This document shows positions 54,408 through 63,670 of a stretch of DNA of 64,000 bases, piece after piece. Source of the DNA: an uncultured Ruminococcus sp. (GTDB lineage: Bacteria > Bacillota > Clostridia > Oscillospirales > CAG-382); NCBI GenBank assembly GCA_964402515.1, contig CAYOCM010000001.1:5660-69659 (forward strand), in the 5' to 3' direction. How positions within the stretch are numbered: position 1 is the stretch's first letter; the number at the start of each line of letters is the position of its first letter. Below the pieces are notes generated by a model that worked only from the letters and a program-made list of their open reading frames with translations, searched no databases and was not told the DNA's origin. The translations under genes were made by a program, and so were the position numbers.

Positions 54408-54878
54408 ATGGCAGAATACTCAAAACAAATCGCAGATCTTTTAATATCTCATTGCAACGACCGCGGCTATAGCTATGATTTTAACGCCGAAAAAGGCATA
54501 ATATATACAAGATTTATGCTTAAAAGCAAATTATCTGCGGTCAATTTTTATATCCGCATAAAAAACGATTTTTATGTTTGTTATTGTTGCATCGATATGC
54601 ACTGTCAAGAATCACAACGAGTTGAAGCGGCAAAATATCTTACAATGGCAAACTACGGCCTTTATCGCGGCAATTTTGAGATGGATATGAGCGACGGCGA
54701 AATCAGATATAAATATCTTGTCGACTGCACGTTTTGTATGCCCACGCAAAAAATGATAGATGCGAGTTTCGGCATACCCATTTCCATGTTTGAAAGCTAC
54801 GGCAACGAATTGGTAAAAATAATATTCGGAATGCAAAACGCCGAAACCGGCATAAAAATCGCCGAATGCAAAAGCTGA
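54408..54878 (+). CDS. YbjN-like (secretion-chaperone-fold) hypothetical protein
   Basis: 156 aa. The pattern (F..R....L..V.FYIRI....Y.CY...) recalls YbjN-family proteins. Low certainty. Confidence 0.35.
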   Translation: MAEYSKQIADLLISHCNDRGYSYDFNAEKGIIYTRFMLKSKLSAVNFYIRIKNDFYVCYCCIDMHCQESQRVEAAKYLTMANYGLYRGNFEMDMSDGEIRYKYLVDCTFCMPTQKMIDASFGIPISMFESYGNELVKIIFGMQNAETGIKIAECKS

Positions 54879-54893
54879 TAACTTTATAAAATC

Positions 54894-54917
54894 AAAGGCT
54901 GCCCGCGGGCAGCCTTT
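54894..54917. terminator. Hairpin between convergent genes (probable terminator)
   Basis: AAAGGCTGCC-cgcg-GGCAGCCTTT. On the minus strand it is followed by GATTTT. Confidence 0.55.
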
Positions 54918-54939
54918 AAATTATTGTTTACCTACCTTT

Positions 54940-56748
54940 TTATAACGGTAGGTCTTTTTTTATAAACCTTAAAGACCCGGCGATATAGCCTATAACACCG
55001 GCAACCGCCAAAATCGCAAATTTCCAAACAAACGAGTTTGTTCCGTCCATAATAGATATTACGTCAAACAGCGATATAATGGTTGCATAATTAAAATTGT
55101 TTAATGCATTCAGTCTGACTACCGAGGGTATCACAGGGCTGCCGAACAGTCCGAGCATAGCGGCAACAAGCGCAAAAATGCTGAGTCCGCCCCCTATTGC
55201 CATAGAGCGCTTGCTTCTGTCAAATACACACGAGGTAAAGAAACAAAGTCCCGAAAGCGCAAGCAGCACAAGAAATGCGCCGATATTTAATAAAATCAAA
55301 TTGCCGTATGTCAATGCAATGTCTTCTGAAACCAACGACAAACAGACGCACCCCGTGACCGTAGTCAAGCAGAACATGCAAAACAGTGAACCGATTAAAT
55401 ACACCGCCTGCGTGAATACAACGGTTATTCGCTTTGTGGATGTCGAAAGGACATACGCCATAGAGCCGCTGTCAACCTGTCCCGCAATCAAGTTATTGGA
55501 TGCCATTATCATATAAATTATGGGAAGCAGCAATCCCGCCAACTTGTAAAAAATCGAACCCACAACCAAAGTATAAAGATCCATTTGACCGATTTCTTCC
55601 AAAGCTTCGGATACCTCATCCGGCAATGTGGATAAAAAGCTTGCCGAAATATCAGAACAAAGTTCTTGCTTTTTTTGCGTAACGGCTTTTTGATATGCGA
55701 TTTCATCCGATATGATTCCGTTTTCAAAATCCCGTTTTAAAAGTTGAATTTCATATTCAAGCCTTCCGCGATATGCAGAGACCGCCGTGCCCGATAAATG
55801 CCTGATATAACTGTAAGTATAACCGAAAGAATCATATTTTTCTTTAGTTACGCCGTATGACGAAAGTGCATCTGTCATAGCGGTTACATTTTCGGCTTTT
55901 ATCATATTTCCCGCAATAAAAATCGCAGAGCCGTTTGCCGCTCTTTCGGCACGGTAGTCGGTACGTTCCGATGAACAAACGTATTCTTTCGCATCACCTG
56001 CGGCGATGTGCGTCACCAACGGCAGAATATCATAATCGGCGGGAACAAGTTCGCCGTTTTCTGTATAAAAATCGTTAAACACACCGTTGGGATTAAGTGT
56101 ATACATAACCGAACCGAGCATTTCCTGCTCTTGAGAAGAATTTTCGTCATATCCGAGCGAGGCTGCGTTTGCTTTTATGTATGTTTGCAATTCTTCGCAA
56201 GCATATGTATATGCCGTTGTTACCGCTGTTTGCTGCGTAGCGGGAGATTGTGTTTGCCAATCACCGACTGCGACGGCATAATCGGCATCGCTGTCAAAAT
56301 TTTCTCTTTGCGGCATCGAATTCTGCCACTCGGAAACAAGCAAAACATAAGCTTCGCCGGCCTGTGTAGTCATCTCGGGCATTGAATTTTGCCAGGAACT
56401 TGCGGCTGCGGCGTATTTGTTTAAATCGTCAAAATCGCTTTGCGACGGCATATTGCCGAGCCAAACAAGATAAGAAAGCGTGTCGGTTGCATTTGCGCAA
56501 AACAGCGAATCAAACTTTGACAGCCCGTCGCTTGAATTTTCATAATATAAAAGTGCGCGGTCTTGCATTTGCGCGTCGACCTCTTTTGTGATTATGGTAT
56601 CTTGAATCGAATTTTTTACCGCACCTATATTGCCGTTGCCGGAAATCAACATAACACATGCGAGCATAAAGCAAGTAGCAAAGGTTATTATGCTCCACAT
56701 TGTTCCGTTTGCCTTGCAAGATTGTTTAAATAAAGCTTTACTGAACAT
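54940..56748 (-). CDS. ABC-2-type exporter permease with a large extracytoplasmic domain
   Basis: 602 aa. One N-terminal TM helix, a soluble region of about 350 aa, then 5 C-terminal TM helices. Confidence 0.7.
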   Translation of the reverse strand: MFSKALFKQSCKANGTMWSIITFATCFMLACVMLISGNGNIGAVKNSIQDTIITKEVDAQMQDRALLYYENSSDGLSKFDSLFCANATDTLSYLVWLGNMPSQSDFDDLNKYAAAASSWQNSMPEMTTQAGEAYVLLVSEWQNSMPQRENFDSDADYAVAVGDWQTQSPATQQTAVTTAYTYACEELQTYIKANAASLGYDENSSQEQEMLGSVMYTLNPNGVFNDFYTENGELVPADYDILPLVTHIAAGDAKEYVCSSERTDYRAERAANGSAIFIAGNMIKAENVTAMTDALSSYGVTKEKYDSFGYTYSYIRHLSGTAVSAYRGRLEYEIQLLKRDFENGIISDEIAYQKAVTQKKQELCSDISASFLSTLPDEVSEALEEIGQMDLYTLVVGSIFYKLAGLLLPIIYMIMASNNLIAGQVDSGSMAYVLSTSTKRITVVFTQAVYLIGSLFCMFCLTTVTGCVCLSLVSEDIALTYGNLILLNIGAFLVLLALSGLCFFTSCVFDRSKRSMAIGGGLSIFALVAAMLGLFGSPVIPSVVRLNALNNFNYATIISLFDVISIMDGTNSFVWKFAILAVAGVIGYIAGSLRFIKKDLPL

Positions 56749-56761
56749 AAATTACAGCTCC

Positions 56762-57661
56762 TTAATTGTTTGATTTTGAAAACAAGATGTTTTTAAAGTG
56801 CATTTCAAGCGTATAAGGCAATTCTGAAATAAATTTTACATTATAGCCGCGTAATACCGCGAGGAGTTTTGCCGTGTCCTGCGCTTTGATGCGTATAGTG
56901 AGTTGATTATACTGAGGTTGCAAACGTATTATCTCAAAATCTTCTTTTAAAAAATGTATATAATCGTCCGGCGAATCAAATTCTGTTTTAAAATCTTTGA
57001 CGGCACGATTTCTTATCGTATTCATATCGCAGATATCCACGATTTTTCCGTCATTGATAAGCGCAACTTTGTCGCAGGTTTTTTCGAGCTCATCAAAACT
57101 GTGACTGCTCATAAATACAGTTTTGCCTTTTTTGTGTTCTTCTTTGATAATATCCAAAAACGTAGCTCGCATAAGCGGATCCAATCCCGTTGTCGGTTCA
57201 TCGAGAATGATGATCGGGGCGTCGTTCATAAGCGCGGCAACAAGCGCCGTTTTTTGTTTCATGCCCTTACTCATACGTTTTAGATTTGCGCGAGGATCAA
57301 GCTGCAGTCTTTCGATAAGTTCGTTTGCATAAGACATATCGCGCAGTCCAAAAAAGTCGGCTTGACATTTTAAAAAATCAATGCCGGTTTTTAAATCGGG
57401 AAAAGCGATTTCACCGGGAACATAACCGATTTTTTTAACTATCTCGCTTGAGTGCTCCCACGATGACAGTCCGTCAACAAGCACCGTGCCGGATGTGGCT
57501 CTTAAAAAACCCATAATATGTCTTATGGTAGTTGTCTTTCCGCTGCCGTTTGTGCCGACATATCCCACCATTTCACCGTTGCCGACAGATAAGTCGAGCC
57601 CGAATATTCCGCGGCCGTTGCCGTAATCTTTGGTTAATTTATTAATTTCTATAACATTCAC
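56762..57661 (-). CDS. ABC transporter ATP-binding protein (second NBD)
   Basis: GTNGSGKTT, MSKGMKQKTALVAAL, IIILDEPTTGLD and SSHSF. Confidence 0.85.
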   Translation of the reverse strand: MNVIEINKLTKDYGNGRGIFGLDLSVGNGEMVGYVGTNGSGKTTTIRHIMGFLRATSGTVLVDGLSSWEHSSEIVKKIGYVPGEIAFPDLKTGIDFLKCQADFFGLRDMSYANELIERLQLDPRANLKRMSKGMKQKTALVAALMNDAPIIILDEPTTGLDPLMRATFLDIIKEEHKKGKTVFMSSHSFDELEKTCDKVALINDGKIVDICDMNTIRNRAVKDFKTEFDSPDDYIHFLKEDFEIIRLQPQYNQLTIRIKAQDTAKLLAVLRGYNVKFISELPYTLEMHFKNILFSKSNN

Positions 57662-58620
57662 GACAGCGCACCTCCGAAATCTTTGTCTTCTTTATAAAAT
57701 TTCATAAAGTAATCTTCAAGCGTTTCTTTTCTGTTGCTGAAAGACAAGACACCGAACGACGGTAAAACTTTGATAAGCATATTAAGGTCTTTGTCGTCGA
57801 TCGAAATATAAACATCTTTTTTATCGTCGATAATTAAGGCAAACGAATCTATCTGCGTCGCTTTTGACAAAAATTGCTTTTTTGTATCTGCCGAATCGAA
57901 CACTACGGTATAATATTTAAGCGAAGCGTGCTTTAAATCGTCAGCGATGAATTCGGATACTATTCTGCCGTCTTTGATAATGGCTATTCTATCGCAAGTC
58001 GAGTCTATCTCGGAAAAAATATGGCTTGACAGCAAAACGGTCTTGCCGCGCTGTTTTTCTTTATGGATAAACCGAATAAAATTTTCTTGCATAACGGGAT
58101 CCAATCCGCTTGTCGGCTCATCCAAAATCAAAACATCGGGATCGGACATAAAAGCCGTAACCACTGCAAGTTTGCGTTTTACGCCCAAACTCATTCGTTT
58201 GGTCTCGCCGGTCAAAACATTATCTCTCAGTTCAAACAAGTCGAGCATTTCGTTTAGTCGGTCATCGTTATGAATTTTTTGCATGCTTTGCATCATCCGT
58301 ATAAATTCCCAACCGGTCAACCCGGCAGGCAAAGCTATCTCACCCGGTATATATCCGACTTGATTTAAAACTTTATCATAGTTTTTAAAAGTTTCGATAC
58401 CCAATATTTTTGTACTGCCCGAATCGGGTTTTGAAAACCCCATTAAGTGCCTGATGGTAGTCGATTTACCCGCGCCGTTAGGGCCCAAAAAGCCGAATAC
58501 CTCCCCTTTTTTTACATGGATATTGACATCAAAAACGCCTCTGCCGCAACCGTAGTCTTTTGTCAAATCAGTCGTTTCGATTACATATTGCGATTCGGTT
58601 TTTAAAACCGTTTTATTCAA
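57658..58620 (-). CDS. ABC transporter ATP-binding protein (first NBD)
   Basis: TTG start with a GGAGGTG RBS. GPNGAGKST, MSLGVKRKLAVVTAF, LILDEPTSGLD and SSHIF. ATGA-type 4-nt overlap with the next NBD gene. Confidence 0.85.
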   Translation of the reverse strand: MNKTVLKTESQYVIETTDLTKDYGCGRGVFDVNIHVKKGEVFGFLGPNGAGKSTTIRHLMGFSKPDSGSTKILGIETFKNYDKVLNQVGYIPGEIALPAGLTGWEFIRMMQSMQKIHNDDRLNEMLDLFELRDNVLTGETKRMSLGVKRKLAVVTAFMSDPDVLILDEPTSGLDPVMQENFIRFIHKEKQRGKTVLLSSHIFSEIDSTCDRIAIIKDGRIVSEFIADDLKHASLKYYTVVFDSADTKKQFLSKATQIDSFALIIDDKKDVYISIDDKDLNMLIKVLPSFGVLSFSNRKETLEDYFMKFYKEDKDFGGALS

Positions 58621-58644
58621 GTAAATACACCTCCGTAAACAGTG

Positions 58645-58673
58645 TTGACATTTTGACTGTGTTATAGTATAAT
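58645..58673 (+). promoter_or_regulatory. Perfect-consensus sigma-A promoter upstream of the TetR gene
   Basis: TTGACA, a 17-nt spacer, then TATAAT, 88 nt upstream of ATG 58761. A perfect 10-bp palindrome ACAATATTGT (58726-58735) lies between the promoter and the start codon. Confidence 0.55.
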
Positions 58674-58760
58674 TGTTTTGAGGTAAAAACGAAAGTACAA
58701 AAACATCGGCATTGATAATATATAAACAATATTGTCGGTTGTGTTTACGGTTTTAAAAGT

Positions 58761-59330
58761 ATGAAAGCAAAAGATCTGAATAATTCATCTAAAAAAACAA
58801 AACGTTTGATTAAAAAAGTGTTTGCCGAAATGCTGTCGGAAAAACAAAATCTGTCGTCCATATCGGTAAGCGAACTGTGCAGCCGAGCGGAACTCAGCAG
58901 AGGTGCGTTTTATTCGCACTATGACGATATCTATGATGTTGCCGAAGAATACGAAAACGAACTTTTTGACGCTTTTTTTGACAAAGCAAGGCTTATATCA
59001 TCGCAAAGCATCATGCAGTTTATAGATTCTGTTTTTGAATATATAAGACAAAACGACGAGAATTACCGTTTGCTGTGCAAATCGAACGAAAGCATTTTTG
59101 CGGCAAAAAAGCTGTCATCCATAGTTTTCAAAAAATTGGCGGAAATATGCCTTGCCGACAGCCGTATAAAAAGCGATCAATATATGGAACTGGAAATTCA
59201 AATATTTTTAGAGGGGTTACTTTGCGAATATATGAAATATTGCCGTGGTCTTTCATCAACGACATTGGATGATCTGTATGCATATACAAAATATTGGGTA
59301 AATAATTTTATTTCTCGCAGAACGGTTTAG
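58761..59330 (+). CDS. TetR/AcrR-family transcriptional regulator
   Basis: N-terminal HTH region SISVSELCSRAELSRGAFYSHYDDIYD; 189 aa. Confidence 0.85.
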   Translation: MKAKDLNNSSKKTKRLIKKVFAEMLSEKQNLSSISVSELCSRAELSRGAFYSHYDDIYDVAEEYENELFDAFFDKARLISSQSIMQFIDSVFEYIRQNDENYRLLCKSNESIFAAKKLSSIVFKKLAEICLADSRIKSDQYMELEIQIFLEGLLCEYMKYCRGLSSTTLDDLYAYTKYWVNNFISRRTV

Positions 59331-59385
59331 CATTTTATTTGCCGACACGATCCGCGACGCATATTTAAGTGCGATTTTTTGCGAC

Positions 59386-59414
59386 AAAAACGGCGGATTG
59401 CTCCGCCGTTTTTT
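59386..59414. terminator. Bidirectional terminator
   Basis: AAAAA, then CGGCGGA-ttgc-TCCGCCG, then TTTTTT, between convergent genes. Confidence 0.8.
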
Positions 59415-59415
59415 G

Positions 59416-62403
59416 TTATTCTGTTCTGAGTGCTATTACGGGATCTTTTTTTGCCGCTACTTTAGCGGGAATAAGCCCTGCTATAACCGTAAGCAACATG
59501 CTTATTGCAACAAGTATGATTCCCCATTCGGCAGGCAAAACGGCAATGCTCGATATGCCCGTCAATTTTTTTGCGATTATACTTATGGGAATATTAAGCA
59601 GCAAAGTCAGGCCTATGCCTATAACTCCCGCGGCAAAACCGACAATAACCGTTTCGGCATTAAACACACGCGAGATATCTTTTTTTGACGCGCCCACCGA
59701 CCGCAGTATGCCTATCTCTTTTGTGCGTTCCAACACCGAAATATAGGTTATTATGCCTATCATTATGCTTGAAACGACAAGCGAGATCGAAACAAAACCT
59801 ATCAGGCCGTAAGAGACCGCGTTTATCATAGTGGTTACACCCGACATAAGCAAAGCGACATAATCGGTATATGTGATCTTTTTATCATCATCTGCCGAGT
59901 CATTATACTGCGCAATAAGGTCGTCTATCATCTCTTTGTCTTCAAAACTGCCTGCATATATGCTGACTGTTTCGGGTGACGAATAATCTACCGAGCCGAG
60001 TGTGCGCAAAGTCTCGGCAAGGGTCGAGCCGGATACGGTATTAGGCATATATGCATCATAATATTCGGCCAAGCGTTGTTGATCGTCAACAGCGGCAATA
60101 AGTTCATCGAATTTTGCCGCAACCGCTGCCGTGCCTTTGAGGCCAAAGAGATCGTCGGGCGTAGTTGCCGAAGCTTTTATCTGTGCCACCTGTATCTCTG
60201 CCTGTTCACGGTATTTTTTAATAACTATTTCGGTTATTTGCACACGCATAAGCTCACGCAGTTCTTCGTCGCTGTAATCGGCAAAATATAATTCCGCTGC
60301 CGACTGCTCAAAGCCATATGTACTGACGGCAAGTGATATCATCGACTCGCGCGTAGAGTATTGCTCAGTTAACGCCCCTACCGCAGACGCAAGATATTCA
60401 TCCGAAGGCGTAGCAAGTATGTCGGTATAGATCTCTGCTTTTTTGTCGTTTGTAAGCGATTTAAAATATTCTTTTACAAGTTCGGCCTTTTGCGTGTCCG
60501 ACGGCTTAATATTATCGGTCATCACAAACGGCAGACCGGTTAAAACATCATAATTGCTGTTTTGAGGCAAAAGTTGCTCTTTTACTATCTCACAATCCGC
60601 CGTCTTGTTAATAACATATTCGGTAAGTGCCGAGGTATATGCAAAAGTACCCGAGATCGACGCGGCGCTTGCTTCGGGATTCGGTCTGACGATTCCGACT
60701 ATATTGACATCGTAACCGTTTTTGATAACCAGGTCAAGCGATGCGTCGTCATCTCTTATGTCTTTCCACAAACCGTCGGCAGTCTTGCTGTAATATTCGG
60801 CATTGCAAACAAGCTTAAACGACGTGCCTATTATGTCTTTATATTCGACGCGTTTTTGCGTTGACTCTACCTCTTTGCCCTGTATCGCGGCAACAAACAT
60901 ATCCGTCACCTCTTGTTCGCTCATCAATCCGAGCGCATAAAAAGCGATGTCTGTTATCTCGTTGTTTGAATCGAGTATCAATACTATCTCATTTGCCGCA
61001 TTCGGCCACGAACCTTCGACCAATTCATACTGCTCATACAGCATATCCGATATAAGTTCGCCGTTTGTGCCGGGCAAAAGCTCGCTCCATACATCCATTG
61101 CGCTGAGTCGAGTTGACAAAACAGACGAAAACATACCTGTTCCGCCCGCCGAATTCAAAGCGCTGTCAAGCGACGTGCTTTGATATGTTCCGTCCGACTT
61201 TAAAACATAAGTATTTAGGTCGACGCCGTATTGATACTGTATAGCCGAAATATATTTTGATAAGTCTGTTGTTGAGGTATCGGAATTCATTTCTTTATCA
61301 AGCCACGCCTTAAATGCCTTAAGGTCATTTTCGGTGTCGTCGGCGGCAAAAACGGCATTAAAAAGGCGATACATACTTGCGTTTGAATAAACAGCATCAT
61401 TGCCGTGCGAATCCGGGCGATCGTCGCCGGTCATTTCACCGCGCGAGCTTAACAGTCCGCCTATAAGCGTATTGTTTTCGCGGGTGACCGATATAGGGTA
61501 TGACGACAGCGTATCGCGTTGAATACTGTTGACATATGCCTGTATGCCGGTTGAAAGTGACAGTATCAACGCTATGCCGATAATGCCTATCGAACCCGCA
61601 AACGATGTGAGCAGAGTTCTGCCTTTTTTGATACGCAAGTTGTTAAACGACAGCGAAAGCGCCGTAAAAAACGACATTGATATTTTATGGCGCTTTTTTT
61701 CGACTTGCTCTGTCTCTTCACGCCCGTCAAAAGGATTTGTGTCGTCAATGATACGTCCGTCTTTAAGCCTGACTATACGAGTTGAATATTGCTCGGCAAG
61801 TTCGGGATTATGTGTGACCATTATAACCAATTTATCTTTGGCTATCTCTTTAAGCAATTCCATTATCTGCAAGGATGTCTCACTGTCCAAAGCGCCCGTC
61901 GGCTCATCGGCAAGCAATATATCGGGGTTGTTTATCAGAGCGCGCGCTATGGCTACACGTTGCATTTGCCCGCCCGACATTTGATTGGGCTTTTTGTGCA
62001 AATGATCACCCAAACCCACTTTTTTAAGCACCGATATTGCCCTTTGGCGTCTTTCTTTTTTTGAAACACCCGCCAAAGTCAACGCAAGTTCAACATTTGA
62101 CAGCACGGTTTGATGCGGTATCAGGTTATAACTTTGAAATACAAACCCTATCGAATTATTGCGATATCCGTCCCAATCGGCATCTTTATACCGCTTCGTC
62201 GAAACGCCGTTGATTATCAGGTCACCTTCGGTGTATCTGTCAAGTCCGCCTATGATATTTAGCATAGTCGTCTTGCCCGAACCGCTCTGACCGAGAATAG
62301 AAACAAATTCGTTTTGCCTGAAGCACACGCTGACATCGCAGAGGGCGTCCTGTGTTATGTCGCCGGTTCTGTATGTTTTTGTTATATTTTTAAGTTGCAG
62401 CAT
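59416..62403 (-). CDS. Fused ABC ATPase / MacB-FtsX-type permease with an extracytoplasmic domain of about 570 aa
   Basis: 995 aa. The N-terminal NBD has GQSGSGKTT, MSGGQMQRVAIARAL and LLADEPTGALD. TM1 lies at about aa 270-290. A long soluble region follows, then three TM helices with the FtsX signature region ERTKEIGILRSVGASKKDI. Confidence 0.85.
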   Translation of the reverse strand: MLQLKNITKTYRTGDITQDALCDVSVCFRQNEFVSILGQSGSGKTTMLNIIGGLDRYTEGDLIINGVSTKRYKDADWDGYRNNSIGFVFQSYNLIPHQTVLSNVELALTLAGVSKKERRQRAISVLKKVGLGDHLHKKPNQMSGGQMQRVAIARALINNPDILLADEPTGALDSETSLQIMELLKEIAKDKLVIMVTHNPELAEQYSTRIVRLKDGRIIDDTNPFDGREETEQVEKKRHKISMSFFTALSLSFNNLRIKKGRTLLTSFAGSIGIIGIALILSLSTGIQAYVNSIQRDTLSSYPISVTRENNTLIGGLLSSRGEMTGDDRPDSHGNDAVYSNASMYRLFNAVFAADDTENDLKAFKAWLDKEMNSDTSTTDLSKYISAIQYQYGVDLNTYVLKSDGTYQSTSLDSALNSAGGTGMFSSVLSTRLSAMDVWSELLPGTNGELISDMLYEQYELVEGSWPNAANEIVLILDSNNEITDIAFYALGLMSEQEVTDMFVAAIQGKEVESTQKRVEYKDIIGTSFKLVCNAEYYSKTADGLWKDIRDDDASLDLVIKNGYDVNIVGIVRPNPEASAASISGTFAYTSALTEYVINKTADCEIVKEQLLPQNSNYDVLTGLPFVMTDNIKPSDTQKAELVKEYFKSLTNDKKAEIYTDILATPSDEYLASAVGALTEQYSTRESMISLAVSTYGFEQSAAELYFADYSDEELRELMRVQITEIVIKKYREQAEIQVAQIKASATTPDDLFGLKGTAAVAAKFDELIAAVDDQQRLAEYYDAYMPNTVSGSTLAETLRTLGSVDYSSPETVSIYAGSFEDKEMIDDLIAQYNDSADDDKKITYTDYVALLMSGVTTMINAVSYGLIGFVSISLVVSSIMIGIITYISVLERTKEIGILRSVGASKKDISRVFNAETVIVGFAAGVIGIGLTLLLNIPISIIAKKLTGISSIAVLPAEWGIILVAISMLLTVIAGLIPAKVAAKKDPVIALRTE

Positions 62404-62843
62404 TAACCGAGGTCCTCATAAAATTTAAGCGCGTTTGCGATGTCGTTTGAATCGGGATGTCCTTTTGCTATGCCGCCGATAAGTTTAAACGGTCCGTAGG
62501 TGTTAAACCCAAAACAACCGAATTCGCCTGTTATCTGTGCGTTGCTTTGTTTAAGTGCAGCCGTTATCGCAGCGGTGTATCCCTTTTTTTCGGCACCGTA
62601 TGTATAGATAAAAAACACTTTCTTGCCCTGCGGCATATGCGTCTCGGCATATTTTAAAAGCGACTTGTGAAACTTTGAATAATAAATACCCGAAGCAAAA
62701 CCTATTCGGTCATATTCGGCAAGGTCTGCATCGGGATGTTCTGTCACATCGATAAGCCTGACACCATACTTGTTTGCGATAGCATCAAGCAATATTTTTG
62801 TGTTGCCGTGATGCTTTGAATAATAAATGATTGCTGTTTTCAT
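62403..62843 (-). CDS. Flavodoxin-family protein
   Basis: 146 aa. The N-terminus MKTAIIYYSKHHGNTK is a flavodoxin-like FMN-loop pattern. Its TAA stop shares one nucleotide with the ATG of the transporter gene (TAATG). Confidence 0.7.
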   Translation of the reverse strand: MKTAIIYYSKHHGNTKILLDAIANKYGVRLIDVTEHPDADLAEYDRIGFASGIYYSKFHKSLLKYAETHMPQGKKVFFIYTYGAEKKGYTAAITAALKQSNAQITGEFGCFGFNTYGPFKLIGGIAKGHPDSNDIANALKFYEDLG

Positions 62844-62876
62844 AGTGATTACCTCCTGTGAGGTATCATATCAAAG

Positions 62877-62945
62877 CAAGATAAACTCTGCAACACGGCA
62901 AGATAAACTCAACATAAACTTTTAAAAAACGATTTGTTTATCTTA
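62877..62945. promoter_or_regulatory. Array of AAGATAAAC boxes (candidate OmpR-family response-regulator binding sites) in the divergent control region
   Basis: GCAAGATAAACTC occurs at 62877-62889 and again at 62899-62911, exactly 22 bp apart. A partial copy CATAAACTT starts 11 bp further on (62914). An inverted copy GTTTATCTT lies at 62937-62945, over the -35 region of the RR-HK promoter. Confidence 0.55.
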
Positions 62946-62989
62946 ACTTTATTTTTATATGATATACTGCAGATAAAGGAGGGCAAAAT

Positions 62990-63670
62990 ATGTTTACCGT
63001 ACTTGTTACCGAAGACAACGCCGATATGCGCGAGCTGTTCTGCACCGTTTTAACAGACAGCGGATATCGCTGTATAGCAGCCGCAGACGGCTGCGACGCA
63101 CTTGAAATAATGCAAAAAGAATATGTCGATGTCATCGTGGTTGACATAATGATGCCGAATATGGACGGGTATGAATTGACAAAAGCGTTGCGTGACGCAA
63201 AAACAGATACGCCGATATTGATGGTTACGGCAAAAGATCAGTTTGAAGACATGCGGCGAGGTTTTAAATACGGTGCCGATGACTATATGGTAAAACCTAT
63301 CAATGTTCGCGAACTCGTATTGCGTGTCGAGGCGCTTTTGCGGCGCGCAAAAATATCAAGCGAAAAAAAGATAACAATAGGCTCTACGGTGCTTGACTAT
63401 GACGCACTTACCGTGACATTGCACGGCAAAGAAACTATATTGCCGCAAAAAGAGTTTTATTTGCTTTATAAGCTTTTATCTTATCCAAACAAAATATTCA
63501 CCCGCCCGCAACTGATGGATGAGATATGGGGAATGTTTTCTGATACGGACGAAAGGACAGTAAACACACATATCAACAGACTGCGCGAAAGGTTTTGCGA
63601 CTGTGACGATTTTGAGATAATAACCGTGCGCGGCCTCGGATATAAGGCGGTAAAAAATGAAAAAGTTTAA
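62990..63670 (+). CDS. OmpR/PhoB-family response regulator
   Basis: Receiver domain (VLVTEDN, VVDIMMPNMDGYEL, MVTAK) and a winged-helix C-terminus (TVNTHINRLRERF...RGLGYK). Confidence 0.9.
   Translation: MFTVLVTEDNADMRELFCTVLTDSGYRCIAAADGCDALEIMQKEYVDVIVVDIMMPNMDGYELTKALRDAKTDTPILMVTAKDQFEDMRRGFKYGADDYMVKPINVRELVLRVEALLRRAKISSEKKITIGSTVLDYDALTVTLHGKETILPQKEFYLLYKLLSYPNKIFTRPQLMDEIWGMFSDTDERTVNTHINRLRERFCDCDDFEIITVRGLGYKAVKNEKV

Noticed and set aside
58633-58750. Inverted 9-mers CCGTAAACA / TGTTTACGG about 100 bp apart in the TetR/ABC intergenic region.
   Set aside because: The arms are short and far apart, so chance cannot be excluded. The 10-bp palindrome ACAATATTGT is a more plausible operator and is mentioned in the finding.
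54940-59330. Calling the ABC-2/TetR block a horizontally acquired island.
   Set aside because: I have only a visual impression of lower G+C. There are no flanking repeats, tRNA or integrase. It needs a computed composition profile, so I report it only as a hypothesis to test.
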